Below, in pieces: positions 1 to 9,623 of a stretch of 64,000 bases of DNA (the stretch's first letter is position 1; each line of letters starts with the position of its first letter). The notes under the pieces were generated by a model. It was given only the letters and a program-made list of their open reading frames with translations. It was not told the DNA's origin and made no database searches. This DNA is from Methanobacteriota archaeon (GTDB taxonomy: Archaea > Thermoplasmatota > Poseidoniia > Poseidoniales > Thalassarchaeaceae). The stretch spans positions 1,044 to 65,043 of the forward strand of contig JAERST010000011.1 in assembly GCA_016845365.1 (NCBI GenBank). Reading direction: 5' to 3'. The translations under genes and the position numbers were made by a program.

Positions 1-1530
1 GGTGGATTTGGGCCATATCTCATGGTAGAAATGGGTGGAATTCTCTACTTTTCAGCAGATGATGGCATCCACGGATGGGAACTTTGGAGAAGTGATGGCA
101 CAGTTGCTGGCACATATTTAGTCAAGGATATTCGTGATGAAGAATGTGAAGACGACGGAAACGGTGGTCAAACATGCAATAATTACGGTAGCCTAATCGT
201 TCACTGCTGGAATAACGACCCACGCAGTTGCCATTATCCAGAGATTGTCGCAGGAAATGAGAAATTATTCTTCACAGGATTCGATGGCATCCCGGGCACG
301 GAAACCTCTGTCGCCCTCTTTGTAAGTGATGGAACAAGCGCTGGCACACAGTTAGTCAAGCGAAGTTGGACAAACTGGAACCCTGCATTTGTATCGGAAG
401 AAGGATGGGGGGAGACGCCTGGGCCACGTTACCTTATTCCAATTCCATCAAGTGGTTTTATTCCCGATCGAGTAGTATATGCTGCGCAGGACGTGCATGG
501 AGAAATCAATTCTCCACCGACAGGAGATGAGCTCTGGATCAGTGATGGTACAGAATCAGGCACCATTATGATTGCAAATATTCAGCCTGAGGATGAATCT
601 GCGTATAATCCAGACCAAGCGGCAACTTACTGCTGCGGAGATTTCCAAGGAGGAGAACCTGCTCATTTACTAAAGAAGGGCAATACAATTTGGTTCAGCG
701 CAAATTCACTAGATTATGGCCGAGAATTATACAGATTCGGATTACAAGCGATTGGAGGAGGTCTCTTCCTGGTCGAAGACCTCGTTGAAGGCGAAGAGAG
801 TAGCGACCCGATGTGGATGACGTCTGGGAGTGATGGAGTCTACTTCTCTGCCCAAGAAGAATCCACCGGACGCGAACTCTACCACAGCCGAGGCGATGCC
901 TTCACCACTGGAATCGTCAAGGACATCAACACTGGAAATAATAGCAGCAACCCCATGTACTTCACAAAATTTGGAGATAAGGTGATGTTCACCGCTTACG
1001 ATGACGAGAATGGTCGCGAATTATGGATTTCTGACCGAACGGAGTCGGGTACATTCATGGTCAAAGATATCAATCCAAATGGATCAGCAAACCCATATCA
1101 ATTACAAATGTTGGACGGTATTCTCTACTTCATGGCTTACGAACCTGAACACGGTGCTGAATTGTGGCGTAGTGATGGAACTGCTGCTGGAACCTATATG
1201 GTCAAAGATATCAATCCCGGAAATAATAGCAGTTGGCATTTCGTCCAAAATGGCATTACTGGAACCATTTTCACAATTCACCAAGGAGAATTATTCTTCG
1301 CCTGTAATGATGGAGTTCACGGTGTTGAATTATGCCGAAGTGACGGAACCTCTGAAGGCACTATGCTAGCAGTTGATGTCAATGTAGGAGAAAATAGTAG
1401 TTGGCCGCTTCAACTGACAAGCGTTGGTGCGAAACTTTTCTTCAATCCATTCACCGAGGAGCATGGTCGTCAATTACACTACTTCTGGGATAATCCAGGA
1501 CCATTCATCAGCGAGGCTGAAGGCTCCTGA
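1..1530 (+). CDS. ELWxxDGT-repeat secreted protein, 5' end cut by the window edge
   Basis: ORF 22..1530. The frame stays open back to nt 1 (GGFGPYL precedes the first Met), so the gene starts upstream. It has repeated ~50-aa units with ELW(R/I)SDGTxxGT...VKDI(N)PG (ELWRSDGTVAGTYLVKDI, ELWISDGTESGT, ELWRSDGTAAGTYMVKDINPG, ELCRSDGTSEGT). Confidence 0.7.
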   Translation, partial: GGFGPYLMVEMGGILYFSADDGIHGWELWRSDGTVAGTYLVKDIRDEECEDDGNGGQTCNNYGSLIVHCWNNDPRSCHYPEIVAGNEKLFFTGFDGIPGTETSVALFVSDGTSAGTQLVKRSWTNWNPAFVSEEGWGETPGPRYLIPIPSSGFIPDRVVYAAQDVHGEINSPPTGDELWISDGTESGTIMIANIQPEDESAYNPDQAATYCCGDFQGGEPAHLLKKGNTIWFSANSLDYGRELYRFGLQAIGGGLFLVEDLVEGEESSDPMWMTSGSDGVYFSAQEESTGRELYHSRGDAFTTGIVKDINTGNNSSNPMYFTKFGDKVMFTAYDDENGRELWISDRTESGTFMVKDINPNGSANPYQLQMLDGILYFMAYEPEHGAELWRSDGTAAGTYMVKDINPGNNSSWHFVQNGITGTIFTIHQGELFFACNDGVHGVELCRSDGTSEGTMLAVDVNVGENSSWPLQLTSVGAKLFFNPFTEEHGRQLHYFWDNPGPFISEAEGS

Positions 1531-1593
1531 AGTCGCTCTCAATTTCGGTCAGAACCGTCTTAAGCGCTCCTTCGTTGGAGTAGTAAGGTTCTG

Positions 1594-2646
1594 ATGCGTG
1601 TAGAGCACGATGTGAAGCTTACTTTTGATGATGTATTGATTCGACCGAAGCGCAGTACGCTGGTTTCGCGCTCGGACGTGACTCTGGTTCGAGACTTCAA
1701 GTTTCGACATTCTGACACAACTTGGTCTGGAGTGCCGGTCGTTGCGGCGAATATGGACACGACCGGTTTGTTCAGCATCGCAGCCGAATTGCAGAAGCAC
1801 AAGATGCTGACCTGTATGCAGAAATTCTACTCGACTCGAGAATATGCGGAGGCGTGGGAGGACGGGGTTGACCCGGAATTTGTTGCGGTTACGTGTGGTT
1901 CGACCGAGGAGTCCTTCGATTTGCTGAAGCGCAAAATGGCTACGCACGCTGGCACCAAGATGATCTGCATCGACGTTGCTAATGGCTACCGGGAGGTCTT
2001 CCTAGAGTTCGTCAAGAGGGTTCGTGGCGAATTTTCTTCGGCGATTATTATCGCCGGCAATGTTGCGACGCGAGAGATGACTGAGGCGCTGATTCTCGCG
2101 GGCGCTGATATCGTCAAGGTTGGTATCGGTCCTGGCTCGGTTTGTACGACGCGCAAGGTTGCGGGTGTTGGTTATCCTCAGCTGTCTGCTATTGCTGAGT
2201 GTGCTGATGCTGCTCATGGTTTGGCAGGGCACGTGATGGCTGATGGTGGCTGTTCGAGCCCTGGTGATGTGGCGAAGGCATTCGCTGCTGGGGCTGATTT
2301 TGTGATGCTGGGTGGTATGTTTGCCGGTCACGATGAATCTGGTGGCGAGTTGGTGACCGGCGCTAATGGCAAGCAATACATGTCATTCTACGGTATGTCG
2401 AGCGCAAAGGCAATGGAGACTCATTATGGCGAGGTTGCGAAGCACCGCGCTCCTGAGGGCAAGGAGGTTCGCGTGCCTTATCGCGGGCCGGTTGAGGTGA
2501 CTATTCAGGCGATTCTTGGTGGGGTTCGTTCGGCTTGTTCCTATGTTGGGGCGCGGCGTATCAAGGACTTGCCGAAGTGTACTACTTTCATTCGTGTGAC
2601 TCAAACTACGAATGAGGTGTATCAGCGCTTCAATGTCGAGGAATGA
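1594..2646 (+). CDS. guaC: GMP reductase (IMPDH/GMPR family without CBS insert)
   Basis: Near-collinear with E. coli GuaC as I remember it: [17 protein letters not shown], [85 protein letters not shown]. Confidence 0.9.
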   Translation: MRVEHDVKLTFDDVLIRPKRSTLVSRSDVTLVRDFKFRHSDTTWSGVPVVAANMDTTGLFSIAAELQKHKMLTCMQKFYSTREYAEAWEDGVDPEFVAVTCGSTEESFDLLKRKMATHAGTKMICIDVANGYREVFLEFVKRVRGEFSSAIIIAGNVATREMTEALILAGADIVKVGIGPGSVCTTRKVAGVGYPQLSAIAECADAAHGLAGHVMADGGCSSPGDVAKAFAAGADFVMLGGMFAGHDESGGELVTGANGKQYMSFYGMSSAKAMETHYGEVAKHRAPEGKEVRVPYRGPVEVTIQAILGGVRSACSYVGARRIKDLPKCTTFIRVTQTTNEVYQRFNVEE

Positions 2647-2656
2647 GTGCTGAATC

Positions 2657-3481
2657 TTGGGCGGGCCGCGTTGGCAGGCGTGCTTGCACTCGTGTTCCAT
2701 CGACTCAATAGGCAAGAATCACATTCCTTGGTCGTCTGGACAGCTCGTGGAGATTCTTCTCGTCGCGGCAATTGGAGCATTTCTTGCCGCCGCGCTGACC
2801 GTTCCCGCTGGCTTTGGTCTCTCGACCATGCTAACCCCATTCGCCTTGCTTCTGATGGCCCCGCACGAGGCGGTTGCGGTGGTTGCCGTGGTTCACGGTG
2901 CGCACAATGCTGCCAAGTGCTATTCGATGTGGGATTCGGTCGACCTGAGCGCCTTTCGGCGCTACGGGGTCTGGCTGGTAATCGGGGCGATTCTTGGGGC
3001 TCTGCTGCAAAATGAGGTGCCTCAAGACCCACTTTTGGTGCTCATCGGTATCTTTCTCATCATCCTGCCAATTCTGACGATTTCAGAGGGCTGGACCGGA
3101 TATCGTATTCCTGAGGCGAATGACCGAATCGGCGGCTTTGGTTCGGGCTTCATGGGCGGCTTATCCGGTCATCAAGGAGCTCTACGAGCCATGTTCCTAA
3201 CTCGCCGCTTGCCCGACAAAATGGCCTACGCGGCAACAGCAAGCATCCTCGCACTATGCGTTGACCTCTCGCGCATTCCTGTGTATCTTGTGTTTCGCCC
3301 CGAAGAAATTCTCGCCCACTCACAGATCACAGCAGTTCTCGTCATCTCGGCAATAATCGGAGTGAGAGTGGGGAAGCGCTGGCTCGTCGCGCTGAAATCC
3401 GAGTGGATTCACAATGGAGTCATGTTCGGAATCGTCGCCAGCGGCGTCTTCTACATCGCAGAAGGCTTTGGCAAAATCTGA
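2657..3481 (+). CDS. Polytopic membrane protein, TauE/SafE (DUF81)-like anion exporter
   Basis: Hydrophobic throughout, with about 7-8 predicted helices. Two Gly-rich half-motifs (PAGFGLSTMLTP; GSGFMGGLSGHQGALRAMFL). The start is uncertain: the ORF-track start is a non-ATG codon and GTG at 2747 is an alternative. Confidence 0.5.
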   Translation: MGGPRWQACLHSCSIDSIGKNHIPWSSGQLVEILLVAAIGAFLAAALTVPAGFGLSTMLTPFALLLMAPHEAVAVVAVVHGAHNAAKCYSMWDSVDLSAFRRYGVWLVIGAILGALLQNEVPQDPLLVLIGIFLIILPILTISEGWTGYRIPEANDRIGGFGSGFMGGLSGHQGALRAMFLTRRLPDKMAYAATASILALCVDLSRIPVYLVFRPEEILAHSQITAVLVISAIIGVRVGKRWLVALKSEWIHNGVMFGIVASGVFYIAEGFGKI

Positions 3482-3583
3482 CACTAGCCTTTGCCTCTCG
3501 CAGAGCACGCAGCGCACGCGGCATTTCATTGGTCGGCGTGAACAACTGCGGCAAAGTGTGTAGCTTCTCAAGCCTTGAATCGC

Positions 3584-4057
3584 CTAAATGTCGAGGACGA
3601 CTTGAGCCATCCATCCCGGCCCTTCGAAGGTCGGAACACCCTCGACTCCCTCAACAGTCTCGCCATCGCCTACTTCGCGAACTTCGAGGTCGTGCAGGGT
3701 GATCGCCTTGACTTCGACCTCGAGTTCGACATCGCGCGCATCTACCCAAAGCACCTGCGCGCGCAAGCAATCATCTTCGATTACCAAATCGCATTCAACC
3801 AACCATCTATCCTCGGCAGACCCATGATAGAGGACCTCTTCGAGCCATCTCACAAGTCCGCGTTCGAGGTCACCTGTCGGCGCTGACACGGCCCACTCGC
3901 CCACGTGGCGGATGTGGCCGTCGAGCAGCGCCGCGCCGCGCTCAGACATCTGAATGCCTTGCAATGCGAGCGCGGCCTCCCTCAGCAGCCCACCCGGGCT
4001 GCTGGCAAATGCTCGAAAGCCGATGTCCGCAGTTGTCGGCATCACCCACCAAGACAT
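3584..4057 (-). CDS. Archease (RtcB activator)
   Basis: N-terminal TTADIGFRAF and C-terminal VKAITLHDLEV...GWMAQVVLDI match the archease signature (HTADig...VKAiTyHd...WmAq.v.DI). Confidence 0.88.
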   Translation of the reverse strand: MSWWVMPTTADIGFRAFASSPGGLLREAALALQGIQMSERGAALLDGHIRHVGEWAVSAPTGDLERGLVRWLEEVLYHGSAEDRWLVECDLVIEDDCLRAQVLWVDARDVELEVEVKAITLHDLEVREVGDGETVEGVEGVPTFEGPGWMAQVVLDI

Positions 4058-4119
4058 CGGCTCACCTGTCTACGCGAGCGAGGCACAGGGCATGAATCCT
4101 GAGGGCGAGCGAGTGTGCA

Positions 4120-7100
4120 TCAGTTATTGGTACACAGTTCACCCTGACTCGGGAAGCTTGTCGGATCCTTCGGATTCGTGTTCCATTTATTCTCGCATTT
4201 ATTCATGTAGCCGTCGCCGTCGGAATCGATGTGCGCGTCGGCAGGGTCGAATGGATCGAAGTCGAAGTAGAACTCCCAGCCTGACCACATTCCATCATCA
4301 TCGTGATCTTGGTGGTAGACCTCTGAGCCGTCTGCCCAGCCATCTCCATCGGTATCGGCAAGGACTGGGTCGGTTCGGTTTTGGAATTCTTCGTAATTCG
4401 TGTAATTCTCCAAATCATCGTAGAAATTTCCACCCTTCGTTGTCGTTGGGTCAATGTGACACTCCGCGTCCTGCGGGTCATCCGACCCCGGACAATACCG
4501 GTTCAGAAGATGCGTTCTGTTGAGACCGTCGCCATCGAAGTCTTCGGCACCATCATCGATGCCGTCGAGGTCCGAATCTGGCATTCGTGGGTCCATCGGA
4601 CCTCGGGCCCCCAATGCGTCGAGTGAGTTATTGTCGACGAGGCCGAGGCTGATTGCGCGTTCTGAGGCTGAGACCTCCCAGCCGTCTGCTAGCAGGTCGC
4701 CGTCTGTGTCATCGTCGACTGGGTTAGTGTCCCAGCGGTCGGGCGCTTCGAGAGCGTTGAGAAGCGTGTCGTTATCGATGTCGAAGTTCGAGTCGGGCAT
4801 CGAGCCGAATGAGGGGTCAAGAGCCCAGCGCCCGTTATTCGGAATTGTAAATCCGGTGAGATTCATCTCGTAGATGAAGTACTTCGGATCGAGGATTCCG
4901 TCACCGTTGCGGTCGCCAGAGGTCTGGAAGCCCTTCAGGTAACTATCCCAGACCCAGCCGCCCGGACCAAGACCGCACTCTTGCATGCTATCGCAGCCGA
5001 GTGGTAGCCAATTCGAGGTGGAAATCCACAGGCTGTGGGAATTGGTATTGTGTTGCACTGAGAAGACCTGCATCTCCCAGCCGTCGGGCTGGCCGTCATC
5101 GTCGGTATCATTGTCGAGCGGGTTTGTTGCGGTCTGCCATGGACGAGGGATGTGTAGAACCTCGCCACCGTCGTTCAAGCCGTCATCATCGGTGTCGGCA
5201 TTATTTGCGTGAGTGATGTATTGGTCGGCACCGTTGACGATTTCTTCACCATCGTCCAAACCATCGTTATCGGTGTCGAACATCGAGGCGTTGGTGTAGT
5301 AGACAGTACCATTCCACACGAATCCGTCAACCGCCTCGGTGAAGTCTTCGAGGCCGTCTGAATCGGTGTCCTTATCGGTTGCATTGGTGAAAGTCTCGTA
5401 GTATTCTACAGCATCTGAAAGGCCGTCGCGGTCTGTATCGTACACGCCCGGGTCAGACCGCACAACTACGTCTCTGACGCCGACATCGACGACTCTAATC
5501 GTCCAGCCTATGACTTCGATTCCGTCGATGAGGCCGTCATTATCAGTGTCTGCGACTAGCGGGTCGGTGGAGCGACCGTCGACGATTCCGTCGCCATCGC
5601 GGTCGCGAGCATTGTACTCGTCGAGGTTGGTAAAGCGCTCGTGCTCCTCGACAATTGTCGCGAGATCTTGCAATCGGCTAGTGACTTCTTGGCCGACATT
5701 GACATTGATCGAGTAAACGTATCCAGCTGTTGGATTCTTGACTGGGATGTTGACGTATTGGCTTTCTTGAACCGTGCGAACCCACATGATAGTGCGGTTG
5801 ACTTGCACGTAATCTCCAACCTCGACCACGATGTTGTGAACTGTTGAGACTCCAACCATGTCGGTGTAGCGAACGGCTCCGTCGCCGTCGGCATCGTAGC
5901 CGTCGAAGTCGGGGTCGTCCTCTGCATTGCTCCCATCATTAGGGTGGATGCCGGAGTGGTATTCCCATCCGTCCGGCATTCCATCGTTATCGGTGTCAGC
6001 CACTAGTGGGCTGGTGAAATTGATTGGACCCCATGTGTAAGCGACCTCGTACTCCTCGACATTGTTCAAGCCGTCTTCGTCACCATCGCCGTAGGCGTCG
6101 GTTGAATTTGCTGGGTCGAGGAGAGTATTGTAACAATACTCGAAGCCATCGGGCATGCCGTCTCCGTCAGTATCCCAATCGCCAGGCCCGTTGAGGCGAC
6201 CGTCACCGTCCATGTCCTGATTGAACCAGGTTAGGTCGCCAACACCGCTCATCAAATCGGTGTAAGGCGCGACCATGCGGATGGTTCCGAATTGTGGAAC
6301 ACCGCAATGGACTTGCAGGTCGAGGCTGCCGTAGCCGACCTCGACGCGATCAGGGATTAGGTCGAGGTCGCTGTCTTCCTCGAGCGGATTGGTATCGTAG
6401 ATTTCCTCGAGGTAATTCGGCAGGGAATCAGGACCCTGTCGGTCGATGTCGAGAACCGAATCGCAGGAGTGATCTCCGTTAGGACCGACAGGAAGTTCGT
6501 TCCAAGTCTTCGTGCCGATGATGAGTTTCATCTCAGCTTCAACCTGAGGTGTTAGGAGCGGGCAACCCCAGTTAGGGTCGAGTGGGTCGAGAAGGACGAC
6601 TTCGCCCTGTGGAGTTTGGACGACCTCGGTGTAGAGCGATTCCCAGCGGTCGTTGAGACCGTCACCATCGCTGTCGCGGACGGTTGGATTGGTTCCGATT
6701 GCAGCTTCCTGCTCATTGGTCAAACCGTCGCGGTCTGGGTCGCCGAAGCGGCCATTGTCTGGGTCGGGGAATGTCTCGTTCTGTTCGCCGGTTTCTTCTT
6801 GCTCACCCGGACTGACAACATCCGTCTCGCCTTCTTGAGGCTCACCATTGTCGAGTGGGTCTAATCCGTTCTGGATTTCCCAACCATCTTCCATGCCGTC
6901 TCCGTCGGTGTCATTATTGCGCCAATCGGTTCCGTAGAGAGTCTGTTCCATCCTATCTGGAAGACCATCATTGTCGAAATCTTCACCGCCTTGTTGAACC
7001 TCAGGGCCGGTGATAATAACGTCGTTTCCGGCCGGGTCAAAACCGCCGGATTCGGTGGTTGAAAGACCGGCGTCAATAATCGTGTAGAATCCTGCTAGAC

Positions 7101-7161
7101 AGAGCGTCGCTGCTATCGCTGCGACCGCGTATTGATTGTGGTTCAAAGCCAAATTCCTCAC
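4120..7161 (-). CDS. Large secreted or anchored Ca-binding protein with more than 20 thrombospondin type 3 repeats
   Basis: 1013 aa with an N-terminal hydrophobic anchor (AVAAIAATLCLAGFYTIIDAG). At least 20 DxDxDGxxDxxE units (DTDGDGMEDGWE, DSDGDGLNDRWE, DTDNDGMPDGWE, DTDDDGQPDGWE, DTDGDGWADGSE). The start codon is GTG. Confidence 0.8.
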   Translation of the reverse strand: MRNLALNHNQYAVAAIAATLCLAGFYTIIDAGLSTTESGGFDPAGNDVIITGPEVQQGGEDFDNDGLPDRMEQTLYGTDWRNNDTDGDGMEDGWEIQNGLDPLDNGEPQEGETDVVSPGEQEETGEQNETFPDPDNGRFGDPDRDGLTNEQEAAIGTNPTVRDSDGDGLNDRWESLYTEVVQTPQGEVVLLDPLDPNWGCPLLTPQVEAEMKLIIGTKTWNELPVGPNGDHSCDSVLDIDRQGPDSLPNYLEEIYDTNPLEEDSDLDLIPDRVEVGYGSLDLQVHCGVPQFGTIRMVAPYTDLMSGVGDLTWFNQDMDGDGRLNGPGDWDTDGDGMPDGFEYCYNTLLDPANSTDAYGDGDEDGLNNVEEYEVAYTWGPINFTSPLVADTDNDGMPDGWEYHSGIHPNDGSNAEDDPDFDGYDADGDGAVRYTDMVGVSTVHNIVVEVGDYVQVNRTIMWVRTVQESQYVNIPVKNPTAGYVYSINVNVGQEVTSRLQDLATIVEEHERFTNLDEYNARDRDGDGIVDGRSTDPLVADTDNDGLIDGIEVIGWTIRVVDVGVRDVVVRSDPGVYDTDRDGLSDAVEYYETFTNATDKDTDSDGLEDFTEAVDGFVWNGTVYYTNASMFDTDNDGLDDGEEIVNGADQYITHANNADTDDDGLNDGGEVLHIPRPWQTATNPLDNDTDDDGQPDGWEMQVFSVQHNTNSHSLWISTSNWLPLGCDSMQECGLGPGGWVWDSYLKGFQTSGDRNGDGILDPKYFIYEMNLTGFTIPNNGRWALDPSFGSMPDSNFDIDNDTLLNALEAPDRWDTNPVDDDTDGDLLADGWEVSASERAISLGLVDNNSLDALGARGPMDPRMPDSDLDGIDDGAEDFDGDGLNRTHLLNRYCPGSDDPQDAECHIDPTTTKGGNFYDDLENYTNYEEFQNRTDPVLADTDGDGWADGSEVYHQDHDDDGMWSGWEFYFDFDPFDPADAHIDSDGDGYMNKCENKWNTNPKDPTSFPSQGELCTNN

Positions 7162-7234
7162 CTGGCCCCATAAGGGGCCATTCGGTTGACCTATGGGATG
7201 AATATAATGTTTCAGCGAGAGCGCATCTGAAGCA

Positions 7235-8356
7235 TCATTCCGCTAGGGTTACGGCTGAACCTACAGAAAGGCGTACTGCGCCACTGTTGAAAGTGCACTT
7301 AAGGTGTCCTCGGCGTCCGTAGGCGCGTTCCCAACATGCGAGTAGGACACCACCTGCGAGGGCGGGGTGAAAACAACCGTTGAGTGTTAATTCTACTCCG
7401 CCCTGAGAGTCGGATTGACTCGCGGATTCAACCTTGCCCAGGCCATGGAGGCCGAGGTGTCGGGAGGAGATGTTTAGCCAATCCTCGGGTTGAGAAACTA
7501 AGATGTGAATTCCAGATTCGAAGACACTTTGTCGCATCGAATCCGCCGCGGCTGTCCACCACGCAATTCGCTGCTCATCCTCAAGCGGCCAAACCATGTT
7601 TTTGCGACCATCTTTGATTCCGTCGAGGTATGGAATGCAAAATTCCTCGAAGCGCAGAATGAGATCTCGATGGATGACCATTCTGCGCTCTTGTAGATTT
7701 GACCACACTGAGTTTGACTCGATTCGAAGGTCTTCCCAAGCCAATTCTATTCGATCTAAATCAGTCAATCCTGGGTTTGAGTCCCGCCATGGAATTGGCA
7801 TCTCATTCGGAGCCGGTGACTCCAGATGGTCGGGTTCGAGCGAGACGACCAAGCCCTCCTGCGCATTTTGTGACCAAACGAATTTGTGGCGCTGGCCGGT
7901 TGCCCTCTCCCAAGAAGCTGTGATGAGGCCAGCGCAGATAGCCGAAGAAGCAGGATGTTCGATTAGAATTCGTGTGGACTCATCATCTTCGAGCGAAGAG
8001 TATCTCCCGAGCCCTCGGCTTTGCCAATCCCGTTGAGAGTCTGCCCAATTCGAGAGGTCACGCCCGCTTGGGGCTGCCAATCCTGCCGTATTCAGCATGA
8101 ATTCCTCGTGTTCGAGGGCAGAGTGAGCGAGCCTGCGTCCAAGGCTTTGGCCGAGGCGTTGTTCGAGGCCGTGAAACCAAAACTCGAATCCGCGGACTGA
8201 GAAAATTGCGGAAGCATTGTCTGGAGCTTGGGTTCGCAACGAATCCCGGATTGTGCCGTCTTCGTGGTGAACCCAGCGTTTCTGAATTAATTCAGCTGGG
8301 TCGGCGGGGATTTTGTCGCGCTTGAGGAAGTCGAAGAATCCCATGCCGTTCAACAA
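7235..8356 (-). CDS. Conserved hypothetical protein with an internal duplication (tentatively two V4R-like modules)
   Basis: 373 aa. Two similar C-terminal module ends: ICAGLITASWERATGQRHKFVWSQNAQEGLVVSLEP and ALAGGVLLACWERAYGRRGHLKCTFNSGAVRLSVGS. It lies 10 nt upstream of the aminotransferase gene on the same strand. The V4R assignment is a guess from the motif layout. Confidence 0.45.
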   Translation of the reverse strand: MLNGMGFFDFLKRDKIPADPAELIQKRWVHHEDGTIRDSLRTQAPDNASAIFSVRGFEFWFHGLEQRLGQSLGRRLAHSALEHEEFMLNTAGLAAPSGRDLSNWADSQRDWQSRGLGRYSSLEDDESTRILIEHPASSAICAGLITASWERATGQRHKFVWSQNAQEGLVVSLEPDHLESPAPNEMPIPWRDSNPGLTDLDRIELAWEDLRIESNSVWSNLQERRMVIHRDLILRFEEFCIPYLDGIKDGRKNMVWPLEDEQRIAWWTAAADSMRQSVFESGIHILVSQPEDWLNISSRHLGLHGLGKVESASQSDSQGGVELTLNGCFHPALAGGVLLACWERAYGRRGHLKCTFNSGAVRLSVGSAVTLAE

Positions 8357-8366
8357 CCCATTCTAA

Positions 8367-9566
8367 TCAGCCATTGATGAATTGGTCGATGCGGTCGAAT
8401 GCCGTAGCAAGAACTTCGACCGGCGGCAGGCAGACCATGCGGAAATGACCGGCTCCGAACTCAGGAGAGAAGCCTGAGCCGTGAACGACGAGCACGTGAT
8501 GCTGGTGAAGAAGATCGAGAACCCATTGTTTGTCGGAGGCTGCCCGCTCATCGGTGATTCGCACAAAGAGATAGAATGCGCCGCCGGGAGCCTCACACTC
8601 CAGCCCCTCGATTGCCCCAATCCTCTCCATACAATAGTCGAGTCGCTCCTTCACCTTCGCACGGTGCCCCTCGAGCCAACCATGCTCATCGCTCAGACCG
8701 GCAAGATAGCCGTGCTGAGCAGGAGTCGAGGCGCAAAGTCGGCTGCGCAGCAGCCGTTCGACCCCGTCACGAACCAGCCCAAGCCGCCCCGCGGGGTCGT
8801 GCCAAGCCATGTATCCAATCCGCCAACCGGGAGCGAAGTAGACCTTCGAGACACCGTTGAGGGCGATAACCGGAACATCGTTTGAGCGCGAGGCAACAGA
8901 GACTAGCGAGCCGGTGAAGTCGAGCCCGTCGTAGATTTCGTCAGCGATTATCGTGCACTTTGGCCAATCACGAGCGATGCCAATCAACGCATCGATTTCA
9001 TCAGCGGTTGCAACATTTCCAGTCGGATTATTAGGATTGATGAGAACGAGGAGTCGGACGCTGTCGTCCATCTTAGCGCGAATATCATCGAGGTCGATGC
9101 GCCAGCCGTCCGTCGGGTCCAGCCGGTACTCGACAGTCGTGGCCCCGTACATCTGAGGATATGCCATGTAAGGAGGGTAGTGAGGTCCGGGAGCGAGCAC
9201 TTTGGAGCCATGTTCAAGGAAGGCGGCGAAGATGATTTGCAGAGCTTCCGTAACCCCATGCGTGACGTAAACATCGTCCTCCGAGCACACCCAACCCTTA
9301 CCGGTTTCAGCGACCGAAATCGCTTGACGTAGAGCCGGAAGTCCGTACGATGGCCCATACCCATTATCCTGCGCGTCCAAGGCTGCCTTGTAGGCGGCGA
9401 CCATGTGATCGGGCGTTGGCAATCCCTCGTAGGCAAGCGGGTCGCCGATATTCAGTCGAATGATTTCGTGGCCTTGCTTTTCGAGTTCGACAGCGGGCAC
9501 GACCACATCGCGAATCGCATATTCGATTGCAGCGGCGCGTGCCGAGACATCGACCTGCTCAACCAT
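8367..9566 (-). CDS. Class I PLP aminotransferase, alanine aminotransferase type
   Basis: EYAIRDVVVPAVELEKQG..IRLNIGDP, NPNNPTG and SKVYFAPGWRIGY (PLP-Lys) are collinear with archaeal (Pyrococcus-type) AlaAT as remembered. The C-terminus is HGSGFxxxxGAGHFRxVxLPP. Confidence 0.82.
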   Translation of the reverse strand: MVEQVDVSARAAAIEYAIRDVVVPAVELEKQGHEIIRLNIGDPLAYEGLPTPDHMVAAYKAALDAQDNGYGPSYGLPALRQAISVAETGKGWVCSEDDVYVTHGVTEALQIIFAAFLEHGSKVLAPGPHYPPYMAYPQMYGATTVEYRLDPTDGWRIDLDDIRAKMDDSVRLLVLINPNNPTGNVATADEIDALIGIARDWPKCTIIADEIYDGLDFTGSLVSVASRSNDVPVIALNGVSKVYFAPGWRIGYMAWHDPAGRLGLVRDGVERLLRSRLCASTPAQHGYLAGLSDEHGWLEGHRAKVKERLDYCMERIGAIEGLECEAPGGAFYLFVRITDERAASDKQWVLDLLHQHHVLVVHGSGFSPEFGAGHFRMVCLPPVEVLATAFDRIDQFING

Positions 9567-9623
9567 GGCACGCGGGCGTGGTCACGGATGATGAATCCAT
9601 CCGACCACGCGAGCAAATTTCAT

